A DNA stretch of 40,668 nt, taken from the IMG/VR virus record IMGVR_UViG_2534682060_000017, positions 1-40,668 of that record, one strand, 5' to 3'. Both the position numbers and the translations under genes were made by a program. Shown in pieces: positions 16,879-25,444 of this stretch (position 1 is its first letter; every line of letters begins with the position of its first letter). The notes below the pieces were generated by a model. That model was not told where the DNA came from and ran no database searches. It worked only from the letters and a program-made list of their open reading frames with translations. This stretch comes from a virus. Its lineage: Duplodnaviria; Heunggongvirae; Uroviricota; Caudoviricetes.

Positions 16879-17540
16879 ATAACCAGTATTTACAGTTTGT
16901 GCGTGAGCAGCTCATTATCGCCACCGCTGATTTGAGTGGGGCAACAAAAGGTCAGCTTGAAGCCTGGCAGGAGAATGCCATGTTCGATACAGGGCGTTAC
17001 AGGCGTAAAAAAATCCGGTACCGAGATGAAGTGACCGGAAAAATGATTACGCGGGATAATCCACCAATCCCGGGGAAACAATCGCTGGCGAAGGGGACGT
17101 CAATTCCTCTGGTCAGTCCGGTTGAGTTTTCGACATCATCGTGGCGGCGGGCTGTTCTGTCTCTTGAAGAACATCATAAAGCCTGGCTGCTGTGGTGTTA
17201 CAGCGGTAGCATTTGCTGGGAGCATCAGATCGCGATAACGCAGTGGGCGTGGACTGAATTTAATGCTCAATCCGGTACCAGAAAAATTGCAGGAAAAACT
17301 CTGGTGCGCCTGAAGACGTTGATCTGGTTGGCGGCGCAGGCGGTAAAAGCTGAGCTTTTTGGTGGGGAAGGTTACGAATACCAGGAACTGGCGTTACTGG
17401 TGGGAGTAACAACCAAAAACTGGTCCAAGACATTTACTGGTCACTGGGTTGCAATGAAACACATTTTTCATCGGCTGGATGGTGAAGCTTTATTGTTGGT
17501 GGAGGGAACACGTTCAAAACAAAAGGCGGCATTTTCATAG
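16875..17540 (+). CDS. Putative late gene antiterminator (Q-like)
   Basis: ATG overlaps rusA stop (ATGA); position between rusA and late promoter/lysis genes; N-terminus reminiscent of Q-type antiterminators; not verified. Confidence 0.55.
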   Translation: MNNQYLQFVREQLIIATADLSGATKGQLEAWQENAMFDTGRYRRKKIRYRDEVTGKMITRDNPPIPGKQSLAKGTSIPLVSPVEFSTSSWRRAVLSLEEHHKAWLLWCYSGSICWEHQIAITQWAWTEFNAQSGTRKIAGKTLVRLKTLIWLAAQAVKAELFGGEGYEYQELALLVGVTTKNWSKTFTGHWVAMKHIFHRLDGEALLLVEGTRSKQKAAFS

Positions 17541-17547
17541 CAAAGTA

Positions 17548-17576
17548 TTGCAAAAGTAGATAAAAAGGCATATATT
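17548..17576 (+). promoter_or_regulatory. Predicted late promoter (pR' analogue)
   Basis: TTGCAA, 17-bp spacer, TATATT, immediately downstream of Q-like gene. Confidence 0.5.
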
Positions 17577-17626
17577 TCGTGTGAATCTGATATTTTGCCG
17601 TTTTTATACGTGATGGCAAAGCTAGT

Positions 17627-17652
17627 AAAACCCGTGACCGAGCGGGTTTTTT
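17627..17652 (+). terminator. tR'-like terminator downstream of late promoter
   Basis: Short stem CCCG / CGGG followed by T8 about 50 nt after the predicted -10. Confidence 0.5.
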
Positions 17653-17795
17653 TTATCCCCAAAAAAATGGCATAGACATTAAACGTGATGATGATTGTGC
17701 CAATACTTTCTCCATCAATGACGCCCCTTGACTGCATGGAATCCAATTTGTTATGTAATATGTGTTGATATTTTTGAGTTGTTAATGGTGTTACT

Positions 17796-18509
17796 ATGGA
17801 TGACAGTGCTCTGCTCAGAAACTCTTCACTTTTTGTTGCTTATATGGGCTGTCTAGGATGGGGAAGCGCTTATTTCTATGGATGGGGTACTTCATTTTAC
17901 TATGGCTTTCCATGGTGGGTTGTCGGGGCTGGTGTCGATGATGTAGCACGAAGTTTGTTTTATGCTGTGACAGTTATCGTTATATTCCTTATTGGATGGG
18001 GAGTTGGTATTGTTTTCTTTTTGGGCATAAAACAAAAGCGCAATATACAAAATTTGAGTTTTATCCGGCTTTTTCTCGCGATATTGCTGCTTTTTATTCC
18101 ACCTGTTCTGGAGTTTTCGGTAATTCATCAGCATGTTGAGCCAGATGTACTGATTTTCTGCATTCTTGCTGCCTTTACAATCACGCTTTTTGTCAGGTTT
18201 GGAAGAAGACTTGTTTCAGTCAAATGTTTTTCGGAAATGTCTTTTATTCGTCATCACCGAATTGAGTTCATGATGGCTGGGTTTATGATTTATTTCTGGG
18301 CATTCTCTCTTATTGCCGGTTGGTACAAACCACAGTTTAAGAGGGAATATCAGGCGATCCACTATGAGAATGTATGGTATTACATTATTGCGCGTTATGA
18401 TGATCGTCTGGTGTTATCGAAATCATACAGGAGTGGGGGTAAGAAATTCGTTATATTTAATAGCGGAAATATTAATGATTTTGAAATTAATACAGTCAGA
18501 GTGCGTTAA
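17796..18509 (+). CDS. AT-rich cargo gene encoding multi-pass membrane protein of unknown function
   Basis: 237-aa ORF with several hydrophobic helices in the N-terminal two thirds and a soluble C-terminal domain; lower GC than phage backbone; sits in the post-Q moron position. Confidence 0.6.
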   Translation: MDDSALLRNSSLFVAYMGCLGWGSAYFYGWGTSFYYGFPWWVVGAGVDDVARSLFYAVTVIVIFLIGWGVGIVFFLGIKQKRNIQNLSFIRLFLAILLLFIPPVLEFSVIHQHVEPDVLIFCILAAFTITLFVRFGRRLVSVKCFSEMSFIRHHRIEFMMAGFMIYFWAFSLIAGWYKPQFKREYQAIHYENVWYYIIARYDDRLVLSKSYRSGGKKFVIFNSGNINDFEINTVRVR

Positions 18510-18682
18510 AATTTCTTGAGTAACAAAGATTTTTACCGCCCGCCATTGAGAGGTTTTTTATGCCAGAAAAATGGTTCGGTACATAAAATGTGCAGGTGGT
18601 TATTAATACCGGTCTTTCAGCTTGCTGGCTTTTTCGACAAGAGTTATTGGTATGTCACGTTAACCAATAAAGAGAAAAAGAC

Positions 18683-18880
18683 ATGCTAAAACAGCAGGAT
18701 ATGACCGAAACAGCCAGAGTGGTGTTTAATGAATTAAGCGTCACTGAACCGGCAACAGTTGGGGAAATTGCGCAGAATACTTACCTTTCACGCGAACGCT
18801 GTCAGTTAATACTGACCCAGCTTGTTATGGCGGGTCTGGCAGATTATCAGTTCGGTTGTTACAGACGCCTTCCGCAGTGA
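18683..18880 (+). CDS. Small hypothetical protein (possible winged-helix DNA-binding)
   Basis: 65-aa ORF with purine-rich RBS; ..ATVGEIAQNTYLSRERCQLILTQLVMAGLA.. looks HTH-like. Confidence 0.4.
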   Translation: MLKQQDMTETARVVFNELSVTEPATVGEIAQNTYLSRERCQLILTQLVMAGLADYQFGCYRRLPQ

Positions 18881-19030
18881 AGGTTTTTTCATTTGTGGTA
18901 ATGGGCGGCTGGTTGGTGTTAGCGGCACCTGCCAGCCATCTGCTCATGCGTTAGGGTCACAAGCAAACCTCAGGCCCATCTGCTTTGCGCAAAAGCGGTA
19001 TGAGCCTATCAGAGAAGTGCTTATTGATCT

Positions 19031-20116
19031 ATGGTTGATACTGTAAAAATATCCAGTTGTGAGTTAATCAACGCTGATTGCCTGGAATTTATCCAGACCT
19101 TACCGGAAAACTCTGTCGATCTGATAGTCACAGACCCGCCATACTTTAAAGTGAAGCCCGAGGGCTGGGATAACCAGTGGAAGGGCGACGATGATTACCT
19201 GAAATGGCTGGATCAGTGTCTGGCTCAGTTCTGGCGGGTACTGAAACCTGCCGGAAGTCTCTACCTGTTCTGTGGTCATCGCCTGGCATCTGACACCGAA
19301 ATCATGATGCGTGAGCGCTTTAATGTGCTGAACCACATTATCTGGGCGAAGCCATCCGGACGCTGGAACGGGTGCAACAAAGAAAGCCTGCGGGCGTATT
19401 TCCCGGCAACAGAGCGCATTCTGTTTGCCGAACATTATCAGGGGCCATACCAGCCAAAAAATGATGGCTATGCGGCAAAGGAGCGCGAGCTTAAACAACA
19501 CGTCATGGCCCCGCTGATTTCTTACTTCCGTGATGCGCGTGAATCACTGGGGATAACGTCCAAACAGATAGCGGAAGCCACCGGAAAGAAAAACATGGTG
19601 TCGCACTGGTTTGGTACCTGTCAGTGGCAGTTACCGAACGAAGCTGATTACAGAAAACTGCAGGCGCTGTTCGCGTGTGTTGCAGAAGAAAAGCACCAGC
19701 GTGGGGAGCTGGCAACGCCACACCAGCAACTGGTCAGCACATACAGTGAACTGAACCGGCAATATGCCAGTCTGCTTGAGGAATACAAATCTCTGCGGCG
19801 TTATTTTTCTGTATCGGCCGCCGTTCCTTATACGGATGTCTGGACGCATAAGCCCGTACAGTATTATCCGGGTAAGCATCCCTGCGAAAAACCGGCGGAT
19901 ATGTTGCGTCAGATAATTTCTGCCAGCAGTCGTCCGGGGGATGTGGTTGCGGATTTTTTTATGGGATCGGGGGCAACAATAAAAGCAGCAATGGGATTGG
20001 GGCGTCGCACGATTGGGGTTGAACTTGAGTCCGGGCGTTTTGAACAAACAGTTGGTGAAATATTGGTGCTGAACGATAAATTGCGAAATGCACAATTAGA
20101 TAAGAACAGGAGCTAA
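19031..20116 (+). CDS. Orphan DNA methyltransferase (DPPY motif; N6-adenine/N4-cytosine beta class)
   Basis: 361-aa ORF with catalytic motif IV DLIVTDPPY near the N-terminus and SAM-binding FMGSGAT near the C-terminus; no adjacent restriction endonuclease gene. Confidence 0.85.
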   Translation: MVDTVKISSCELINADCLEFIQTLPENSVDLIVTDPPYFKVKPEGWDNQWKGDDDYLKWLDQCLAQFWRVLKPAGSLYLFCGHRLASDTEIMMRERFNVLNHIIWAKPSGRWNGCNKESLRAYFPATERILFAEHYQGPYQPKNDGYAAKERELKQHVMAPLISYFRDARESLGITSKQIAEATGKKNMVSHWFGTCQWQLPNEADYRKLQALFACVAEEKHQRGELATPHQQLVSTYSELNRQYASLLEEYKSLRRYFSVSAAVPYTDVWTHKPVQYYPGKHPCEKPADMLRQIISASSRPGDVVADFFMGSGATIKAAMGLGRRTIGVELESGRFEQTVGEILVLNDKLRNAQLDKNRS

Positions 20117-20635
20117 TCCTCGATTAATATCTAAGCCAAGCAGGATGCTTGGAAGTTCTGATATATTCTTATCGTTTTTCGGTATTTAAAACTGATTTTC
20201 GCTGGTTGCGAAAGCACGTGGTCGGGCACTGCGTTCACACATGCAGGAGGGTGTGAAGCCAGCTTTTTTGTGTGTATTCAGATGGCGTTCTGATTCTATA
20301 ACGAGTTACGTGGACATCAGGGATGGAGAGAATAGGAACGCCATCTTAATACATTTTCCCCGTTTATTTGATATATCTTCCGGATAAGGGATTAGGTCTG
20401 GTTTTTTATGTCATTCAATAACGCTCTTCTATACTGTATACAATACTTTATCCTGGCAGTGTGTTTAAAACCTGAACTTATCCTTTGTTTCGTTTATAGA
20501 CAGAAGGGTTAATATCGACTTATCATCAGCAGGATGGCAACAGATGTGTAAGCAGCTGGTCACCAGTTATACTTCAGTGGTACTTCTGAGTGCTTCTCTC
20601 CGTGAAATGATTATCATCCAGATGGCAGGAGTAGA

Positions 20636-20914
20636 GTGAATATTGATGATATTTCCAGGTGCTCCAGCTTGTTGCAGCGTATTGAGGATGTTAATGCTGA
20701 ACGAGCCAGGGCCTTTAGTCGTTTGACAGTTATATTTTCTACCCCTGATCGCCTTTCAGGAAAGAACATTGTTTTATTAAACAGTGATGCCATCCATAAG
20801 GTTTTTGAAGAGTTCATGGCTGCTAATTCAGAATTGCTGGCTCTTGTTGAGGAATACAACGAGATAGCCAGCCGTGTCGGTATGGATGAATTCAACGTCA
20901 TACTTCGTGGATAA
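20636..20914 (+). CDS. Hypothetical protein
   Basis: 92-aa ORF, GTG start with AGGAG RBS 4 nt upstream; followed by terminator hairpin. Confidence 0.35.
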   Translation: MNIDDISRCSSLLQRIEDVNAERARAFSRLTVIFSTPDRLSGKNIVLLNSDAIHKVFEEFMAANSELLALVEEYNEIASRVGMDEFNVILRG

Positions 20915-20937
20915 AAACATGCTTCATATTTTCTGTT

Positions 20938-20961
20938 AGCTCGCTACTGCGAGCTTTTTTG
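20938..20961 (+). terminator. Rho-independent terminator
   Basis: AGCTCGC-TACT-GCGAGCT stem-loop followed by T6. Confidence 0.5.
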
Positions 20962-21272
20962 TATCTGAGCCACATCAGGCGCACATCAAAAACACAGAGC
21001 CTTTCAGGGCGGGGAGGGGGCTCTTGCCGTTACACCGTAATGCAAAATAACAGCATACAAAAGGTATCGGTGATGGTTGTTATTGGTGTGGTTTATTAAA
21101 AAAGTGTAAGAAAATTATGAGCGTTGTAGTTGAACAAAATGGTGAAATTGTATGAGCTCGGCATAATGAAAGTTCTGAAGGTATTGCCTGCACACGCTGT
21201 GTAAAGGACGGCACGCAACTGCGACTCGTTGCCGTCCTTGAGGACGCATTTACTCAGGCTAAAGGCGAGTTG

Positions 21273-21608
21273 CTATGCTGGGATGACGGAAATGGAGTGC
21301 CGAATAGCTGCACTTCCGCCTCCTAAATCAATTGTAATATTCCAGTAACCTGAATGCGGTACATGAAGGTGGGCCGGTAATCTCTGAAAAAAACCGCCAC
21401 CACCGTGATGATGAAAGCTTCTTGCGTTGCGGTAGTTATTAAAGTTTGTATCTGTCATCAGCAAAATATTGCACTGATGAGAGCAGTCAACCACTACCGT
21501 ATCTCCTGCATTTAAATACATTCTTTTATGTAAAAACTGCATGTGATTTCCCTGAACAGAGGTAATCAGCCATCCCTCTTTCTCTATGATGAGCCAGCGT
21601 CCCACCAC
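21273..21608 (-). CDS. Hypothetical protein (uncertain)
   Basis: 111-aa minus-strand ORF between cargo and lysis genes; His/Gly-rich; no clear RBS. Confidence 0.3.
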   Translation of the reverse strand: MVGRWLIIEKEGWLITSVQGNHMQFLHKRMYLNAGDTVVVDCSHQCNILLMTDTNFNNYRNARSFHHHGGGGFFQRLPAHLHVPHSGYWNITIDLGGGSAAIRHSISVIPA

Positions 21609-21741
21609 TGGCGGGCTGAATGCTTAACATATCCAGGGTTCAGAAAACGTTAAACCCTGATAAATATCCATATCTTCAAACGTTAATAAAATGTCAGTTA
21701 CGGGGCCGCTGATGGTCCTTTTTATTTACAGGAGAATAAAT

Positions 21742-22131
21742 ATGTCTGAACCCTTATCCGGTTCCAGCACTGCTGTGGCGCTCGGCGGGGCGACGGTATT
21801 CGGGCTGTTTACCGGGACGGATTTCGGGATTGTGTTTGGCGCGTTTGCCGGGGCGTTGTTTGTGGCCACGATGCCACAGGTGATTTCTGTCTGGCGTGTG
21901 GCGGCGCATTTTCTGGTGTCGTTCATTGTTGGCGTGCTGGGGGCGGATGTCCTTGCGTCCTGGCTGGTCGAAAAATTGAATCTCCACAGCACATCTCTCG
22001 ACGCGCTTTGTGCGGTACTGGTATCGGTGGTGTCGGTGAAGATTCTCTCATTCATCCACCAGCAGGATATCGCATCGCTGGTATCCGGGCTGTTCTCCCG
22101 TCTGCGGGGTGGAGGCGGTAATGTTAAGTAA
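21742..22131 (+). CDS. Putative holin
   Basis: ATG 21742 with GGAG RBS; product has hydrophobic helices and charged C-terminus; directly upstream of endolysin. Confidence 0.6.
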   Translation: MSEPLSGSSTAVALGGATVFGLFTGTDFGIVFGAFAGALFVATMPQVISVWRVAAHFLVSFIVGVLGADVLASWLVEKLNLHSTSLDALCAVLVSVVSVKILSFIHQQDIASLVSGLFSRLRGGGGNVK

Positions 22132-22399
22132 CCTTCCCGGATTACTGAATGTGGTGTTAAGCACGGTTATCGTGCTGACGCTCTTTTTTTATCGTCGTGG
22201 TGAGTCGAGACATAAACCGCTGATGTCGTGGCTGGCCTGGCTGCTGATGCTGCTTTATGCCTTTGCGCCGCTTTGTTATCTGTGTGGTCGCTTTCCACCC
22301 GGTAACTGGCTGGTCGTCCTGATTAACCTGGTGTTCTGCGTGCTGGTGATACGAGCACGCGGGAACGTATCAAAAATCCTTGTATTACGAAGGCGCTGA
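22121..22399 (+). CDS. Second holin/antiholin-like membrane protein
   Basis: ATG 22121 with GGAGG RBS; 92 aa, three predicted TM helices, basic C-terminus; overlaps neighbours. Confidence 0.5.
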   Translation: MLSNLPGLLNVVLSTVIVLTLFFYRRGESRHKPLMSWLAWLLMLLYAFAPLCYLCGRFPPGNWLVVLINLVFCVLVIRARGNVSKILVLRRR

Positions 22400-22400
22400 T

Positions 22401-22946
22401 ATGAAGTCGAAAGATGAAATTTTTGACGAAATTCTGGGAAAAGAGGGCGGTTACGTCAATCACCCGGATGATAAAGGTGGTCCGACTAAATGGGGCATCA
22501 CTGAAAAAGTTGCCCGTGCACACGGTTATCAGGGCGATATGCGTGACCTGACGCGTGGGCAGGCGCTGGAAATACTCGAGGCGGACTACTGGTACGGACC
22601 ACGATTCGACCAGGTTGAGGACCTGTCTCCGGATATTGCCGCAGAGTTGTGCGATACGGGCGTGAACATGGGGCCAACTGTGGCGTCCAGAATGCTTCAG
22701 CGCTGGCTGAACGTTTTCAACCTGCGCGGGAAACTCTATCCGGATATGGATGCTGATGGACGCATCGGGCCGCGTACTCTTAATGCATTACGGGCATATC
22801 TGAAAAATCGCAGCAGGGATGGTGAACTGGTACTGGTGAAAGCCCTGAACTGTACGCAGGGCGAGCGTTATCTGGAGCTGGCAGAGAAACGCGAGGCCAA
22901 TGAGTCGTTTGTCTATGGCTGGATGAAAGAGCGCGTGGTGGTTTAA
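22401..22946 (+). CDS. Endolysin, glycoside hydrolase family 108-like with peptidoglycan-binding domain
   Basis: N-terminal EILGKEGGYVNHPDDKGGPTKWGIT signature of GH108 lysozymes; ATG overlaps upstream gene. Confidence 0.85.
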   Translation: MKSKDEIFDEILGKEGGYVNHPDDKGGPTKWGITEKVARAHGYQGDMRDLTRGQALEILEADYWYGPRFDQVEDLSPDIAAELCDTGVNMGPTVASRMLQRWLNVFNLRGKLYPDMDADGRIGPRTLNALRAYLKNRSRDGELVLVKALNCTQGERYLELAEKREANESFVYGWMKERVVV

Positions 22947-23040
22947 AAACTGACACTGAAGTGCTGAACACCCTCAACTCATGCAGGCTCTTTTCTGGGG
23001 CTACGATGAGCGAAAGTAAGGGGCATAGCATCAGATAGCA

Positions 23041-23080
23041 AAAACCCCGGCTGCGGTAACAGTCCGGGGTTTTCTGTTTC
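23041..23080 (+). terminator. Rho-independent terminator after lysis cassette
   Basis: AACCCCGG ... CCGGGGTT stem followed by TTTCTGTTTC. Confidence 0.55.
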
Positions 23081-23142
23081 TGGCCCTGGGTAAGGCAAAG
23101 GAGAACATGAGGAATTATAAACTAATTCTGTTGAGGTTGACT

Positions 23143-23289
23143 ATGAAAAACGGCCTTGAATTGAAAGCGCCTGTAACTGATGACATCAGCAGAGCGGTGG
23201 CTTTTGCCATTAAGTGGGTGGCGGTCGGTATCGCTGTGTCTCCGATGCTGTATGGGATGGCAAAATTGCTCATTGCTGTGAAATCGTAA
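23143..23289 (+). CDS. Small membrane peptide (49 aa)
   Basis: GAGG RBS 6 nt upstream; hydrophobic segment FAIKWVAVGIAVSPMLYGMAKLLIAV. Confidence 0.35.
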   Translation: MKNGLELKAPVTDDISRAVAFAIKWVAVGIAVSPMLYGMAKLLIAVKS

Positions 23290-23306
23290 GTGGGGCAGGG
23301 GTAAAT

Positions 23307-23441
23307 ATGTCAGATAGCATTATAAAACTGGCGCGAATTCTCTGTGTGGTTGTTGGCCTTTCATTTTCAGCAATGTTGGTTGCCATTTTCATTTCCACCG
23401 CCTGGCGAGTATTGAGCTTATCCGGATTGATTGGTGGATAG
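23307..23441 (+). CDS. Small membrane peptide (44 aa)
   Basis: AGGGGT RBS; single TM-like segment ILCVVVGLSFSAMLVAIFIS. Confidence 0.35.
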   Translation: MSDSIIKLARILCVVVGLSFSAMLVAIFISTAWRVLSLSGLIGG

Positions 23442-23445
23442 TGAG

Positions 23446-23628
23446 ATGAAGCGAAAACACTGGACACACAGAATGCCGCGAACGGCGGCGAAATGGGCAC
23501 TGGTAGCGATACTGGTGCCTTTTTTCCTGGTGGGATGCGTCAGCCTGGATAAGGCGCGCCAGCTTTTCGATACAGCTTCTCAGGTCTGTGAAATTGTCGA
23601 CGGTGTTCGGCAGTGTATGCAGAACTGA
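23446..23628 (+). CDS. Putative small lipoprotein (lipobox LVGC)
   Basis: Signal peptide ..WALVAILVPFFLVGC with lipobox cysteine, two further Cys in mature part; possible spanin or exclusion lipoprotein. Confidence 0.5.
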   Translation: MKRKHWTHRMPRTAAKWALVAILVPFFLVGCVSLDKARQLFDTASQVCEIVDGVRQCMQN

Positions 23629-23715
23629 TCGCCTGTAAGAGCAGAATATTGTTGAATCTAAATTTACTTTGAACAGTGGCCCGGATGGAAAGGGCATCTA
23701 AATAGGAGCAGAAAA

Positions 23716-23925
23716 ATGTTAACTGTAAAAGTCATGTCTCAAAATGGTGGGGAAGAGATCCATTGCGGGCGTAGCATTGGCTATCATCCTGAGCAGCGGA
23801 GTATTGCCGTATCGGGAAAGGATGGGAAAGTCATTCTGAAAGATGGAGATATTGCTTATGTAATGAACCAAAACGCTCAAATAATATCTGTTTATCGGCC
23901 CAATAATAGTCAGAAAAACATTTGA
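23716..23925 (+). CDS. Hypothetical small protein
   Basis: 69-aa ORF with AGGAG-like RBS. Confidence 0.4.
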   Translation: MLTVKVMSQNGGEEIHCGRSIGYHPEQRSIAVSGKDGKVILKDGDIAYVMNQNAQIISVYRPNNSQKNI

Positions 23926-24048
23926 ATTTCGCAAGGCCAAAGTTCAGTGGTGATCGTTATCAACTAATTGAAATAACAAGCTTATGTATGTGTAATTGGT
24001 GATATAGCATGTTAATGCTGAATATCAGCGTCAACATGGAGTTATACA

Positions 24049-24264
24049 ATGGTTTTTAAACACTATTACGTGAACAAAAATGCTCAGAGCAATGGCGATC
24101 ATGAGGTGCATGCTGAGGAATGTTCATATCTTCCTGCTGTAGCTAACCGCGATTACCTTGGTTACTATAGTGATTGTTCTTCGGCGGTAACAGAGGCAAA
24201 GGCCAAAGGATATTCCCGGGTGAATGGTTGCTATTGGTGTGCCAATAAGTGCCACACGTCTTAA
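24049..24264 (+). CDS. Hypothetical Cys/His-rich small protein
   Basis: 71-aa ORF with HEVHAEEC and CYWCANKCH motifs suggesting metal binding; followed by terminator. Confidence 0.4.
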   Translation: MVFKHYYVNKNAQSNGDHEVHAEECSYLPAVANRDYLGYYSDCSSAVTEAKAKGYSRVNGCYWCANKCHTS

Positions 24265-24284
24265 TCAATTGTCAATAAACCATA

Positions 24285-24306
24285 AAGGCCGCTCTGCGGC
24301 CTTTTT
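24285..24306 (+). terminator. Rho-independent terminator
   Basis: AAGGCCGC-TCT-GCGGCCTT followed by T5. Confidence 0.55.
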
Positions 24307-24373
24307 CATGTTAAAAAAGATTGCGGCATTACAGCAGCCCTTCACTCTAAGGGGCTGCTGTAATGTGAGAAAT

Positions 24374-24406
24374 AAAAAACCGGCCCAGCTACACAGAACC
24401 GGCCGG
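24374..24406 (-). terminator. Minus-strand terminator-like hairpin
   Basis: CCGGCC ... GGCCGG stem preceded on plus strand by A6 (T-run on minus strand). Confidence 0.4.
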
Positions 24407-24495
24407 CGAAGACCGCCAATACCACCCATGCATTGATGCAACATACTAATGACAATAGCCGCTATTGATGTAAATGCAATGTTATGCATCGACGA

Positions 24496-24537
24496 AAATA
24501 AAAAACCGGCAGGGGAAATCCATTGAAGACTTGCCGG
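24496..24537 (-). terminator. Minus-strand terminator-like hairpin
   Basis: CCGGCA ... TGCCGG stem preceded on plus strand by AAATAAAAAA. Confidence 0.4.
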
Positions 24538-24699
24538 TGGCAAAAGTTGCCAATGCTTTTATAACCGTAGTCACAGAGTTACGAAGTGCAACACCGAATG
24601 CTGCTGGTATATGGATGAATGGCGTTTCAATGATTTTCATCAATTTATTCATCAGCAATGGTGATAATCACTCTCATTTGTGCGGGTCCTTCCGGTGGG

Positions 24700-24780
24700 G
24701 TGGCCTGCCACGGGGCGGGAGCGTCGCGGAAAAAGGCTAGTTTTTGCATTTCCATGGCGGCGGCAGTATGTTTGGTAATT
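24700..24780. other. Candidate cos site region (cosN/cosB-like)
   Basis: GC-rich CGGGGCGGGAGCGTCGCGG followed by AT-rich tract about 190 bp upstream of the Nu1-like start, mirroring lambda cos spacing; recalled from lambda, not aligned. Confidence 0.3.
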
Positions 24781-24908
24781 TATTGATAATTAAAAGCTAT
24801 TTCTCTTTTCACCTGTACAATATTTTTTTCTCCCTGTCATTAGACCAGTTTGCAATTAATTGAAATATATAAATAAACATGATTTTCACCTGCCAGATGG
24901 AGTTGCTT

Positions 24909-25436
24909 ATGTCAAATGTGAGCGGGATCGGTGATGCTTATTACTGGAGTGTTTTTAAAATCGCCGAGGCCTTTGGGCTTCACCGGGACACAGTAAAAAA
25001 ACGGCTCCTCGCGGCCAACACTCCTGTGGCTGCGACTGTCAGGGGGAACCCCGTTTACGCCCTGCAGCATGTCGGGCCCGCCCTGTTTAGTGTGAAGCAT
25101 GAGGCAGCAGACTCTGTTCATGATCCATCCCGTATGGAGCCGAAAGAGAGAAAGGACTGGTACCAGTCTGAAAATGAAAGGATCAAGCTGGAAAAGGAGC
25201 AGCGAAAACTCATCCCAGTTGATGAAGTAGTCATCGTCTATTCGTCCATGAGAAAGGCTGTCGTCCAGGTTCTGGAGACAATTCCGGATGTTCTTGAACG
25301 CGATTGCGCCCTGACTCCTCAGGCCGTCGGCGTTGTACAGCAGGCCATTGATGACCTGCGATACACTCTTCAGGAAAAATCCTACGAGGCTTGTGCTGCT
25401 GAATTAATTCCTGATGAGGAAGGAGAGAGTCTCTAG
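24909..25436 (+). CDS. Terminase small subunit (Nu1-like)
   Basis: ATG 24909 with GGAG RBS; N-terminal HTH-like region and acidic C-terminus as in lambda Nu1; directly upstream of large terminase. Confidence 0.8.
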   Translation: MSNVSGIGDAYYWSVFKIAEAFGLHRDTVKKRLLAANTPVAATVRGNPVYALQHVGPALFSVKHEAADSVHDPSRMEPKERKDWYQSENERIKLEKEQRKLIPVDEVVIVYSSMRKAVVQVLETIPDVLERDCALTPQAVGVVQQAIDDLRYTLQEKSYEACAAELIPDEEGESL

Positions 25437-25444
25437 GAGGAATA

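Noticed and set aside
20117-21690. tRNA genes between the Q-like gene and lysis genes, as found in some Stx phages
   Set aside because: Scanned by eye for T-arm (GGTTCGAATCC-like) and cloverleaf patterns; none found.
24265-24543. 92-aa minus-strand ORF across the terminator-rich region
   Set aside because: Spans three hairpin terminators and has no RBS; the region is better explained as non-coding.
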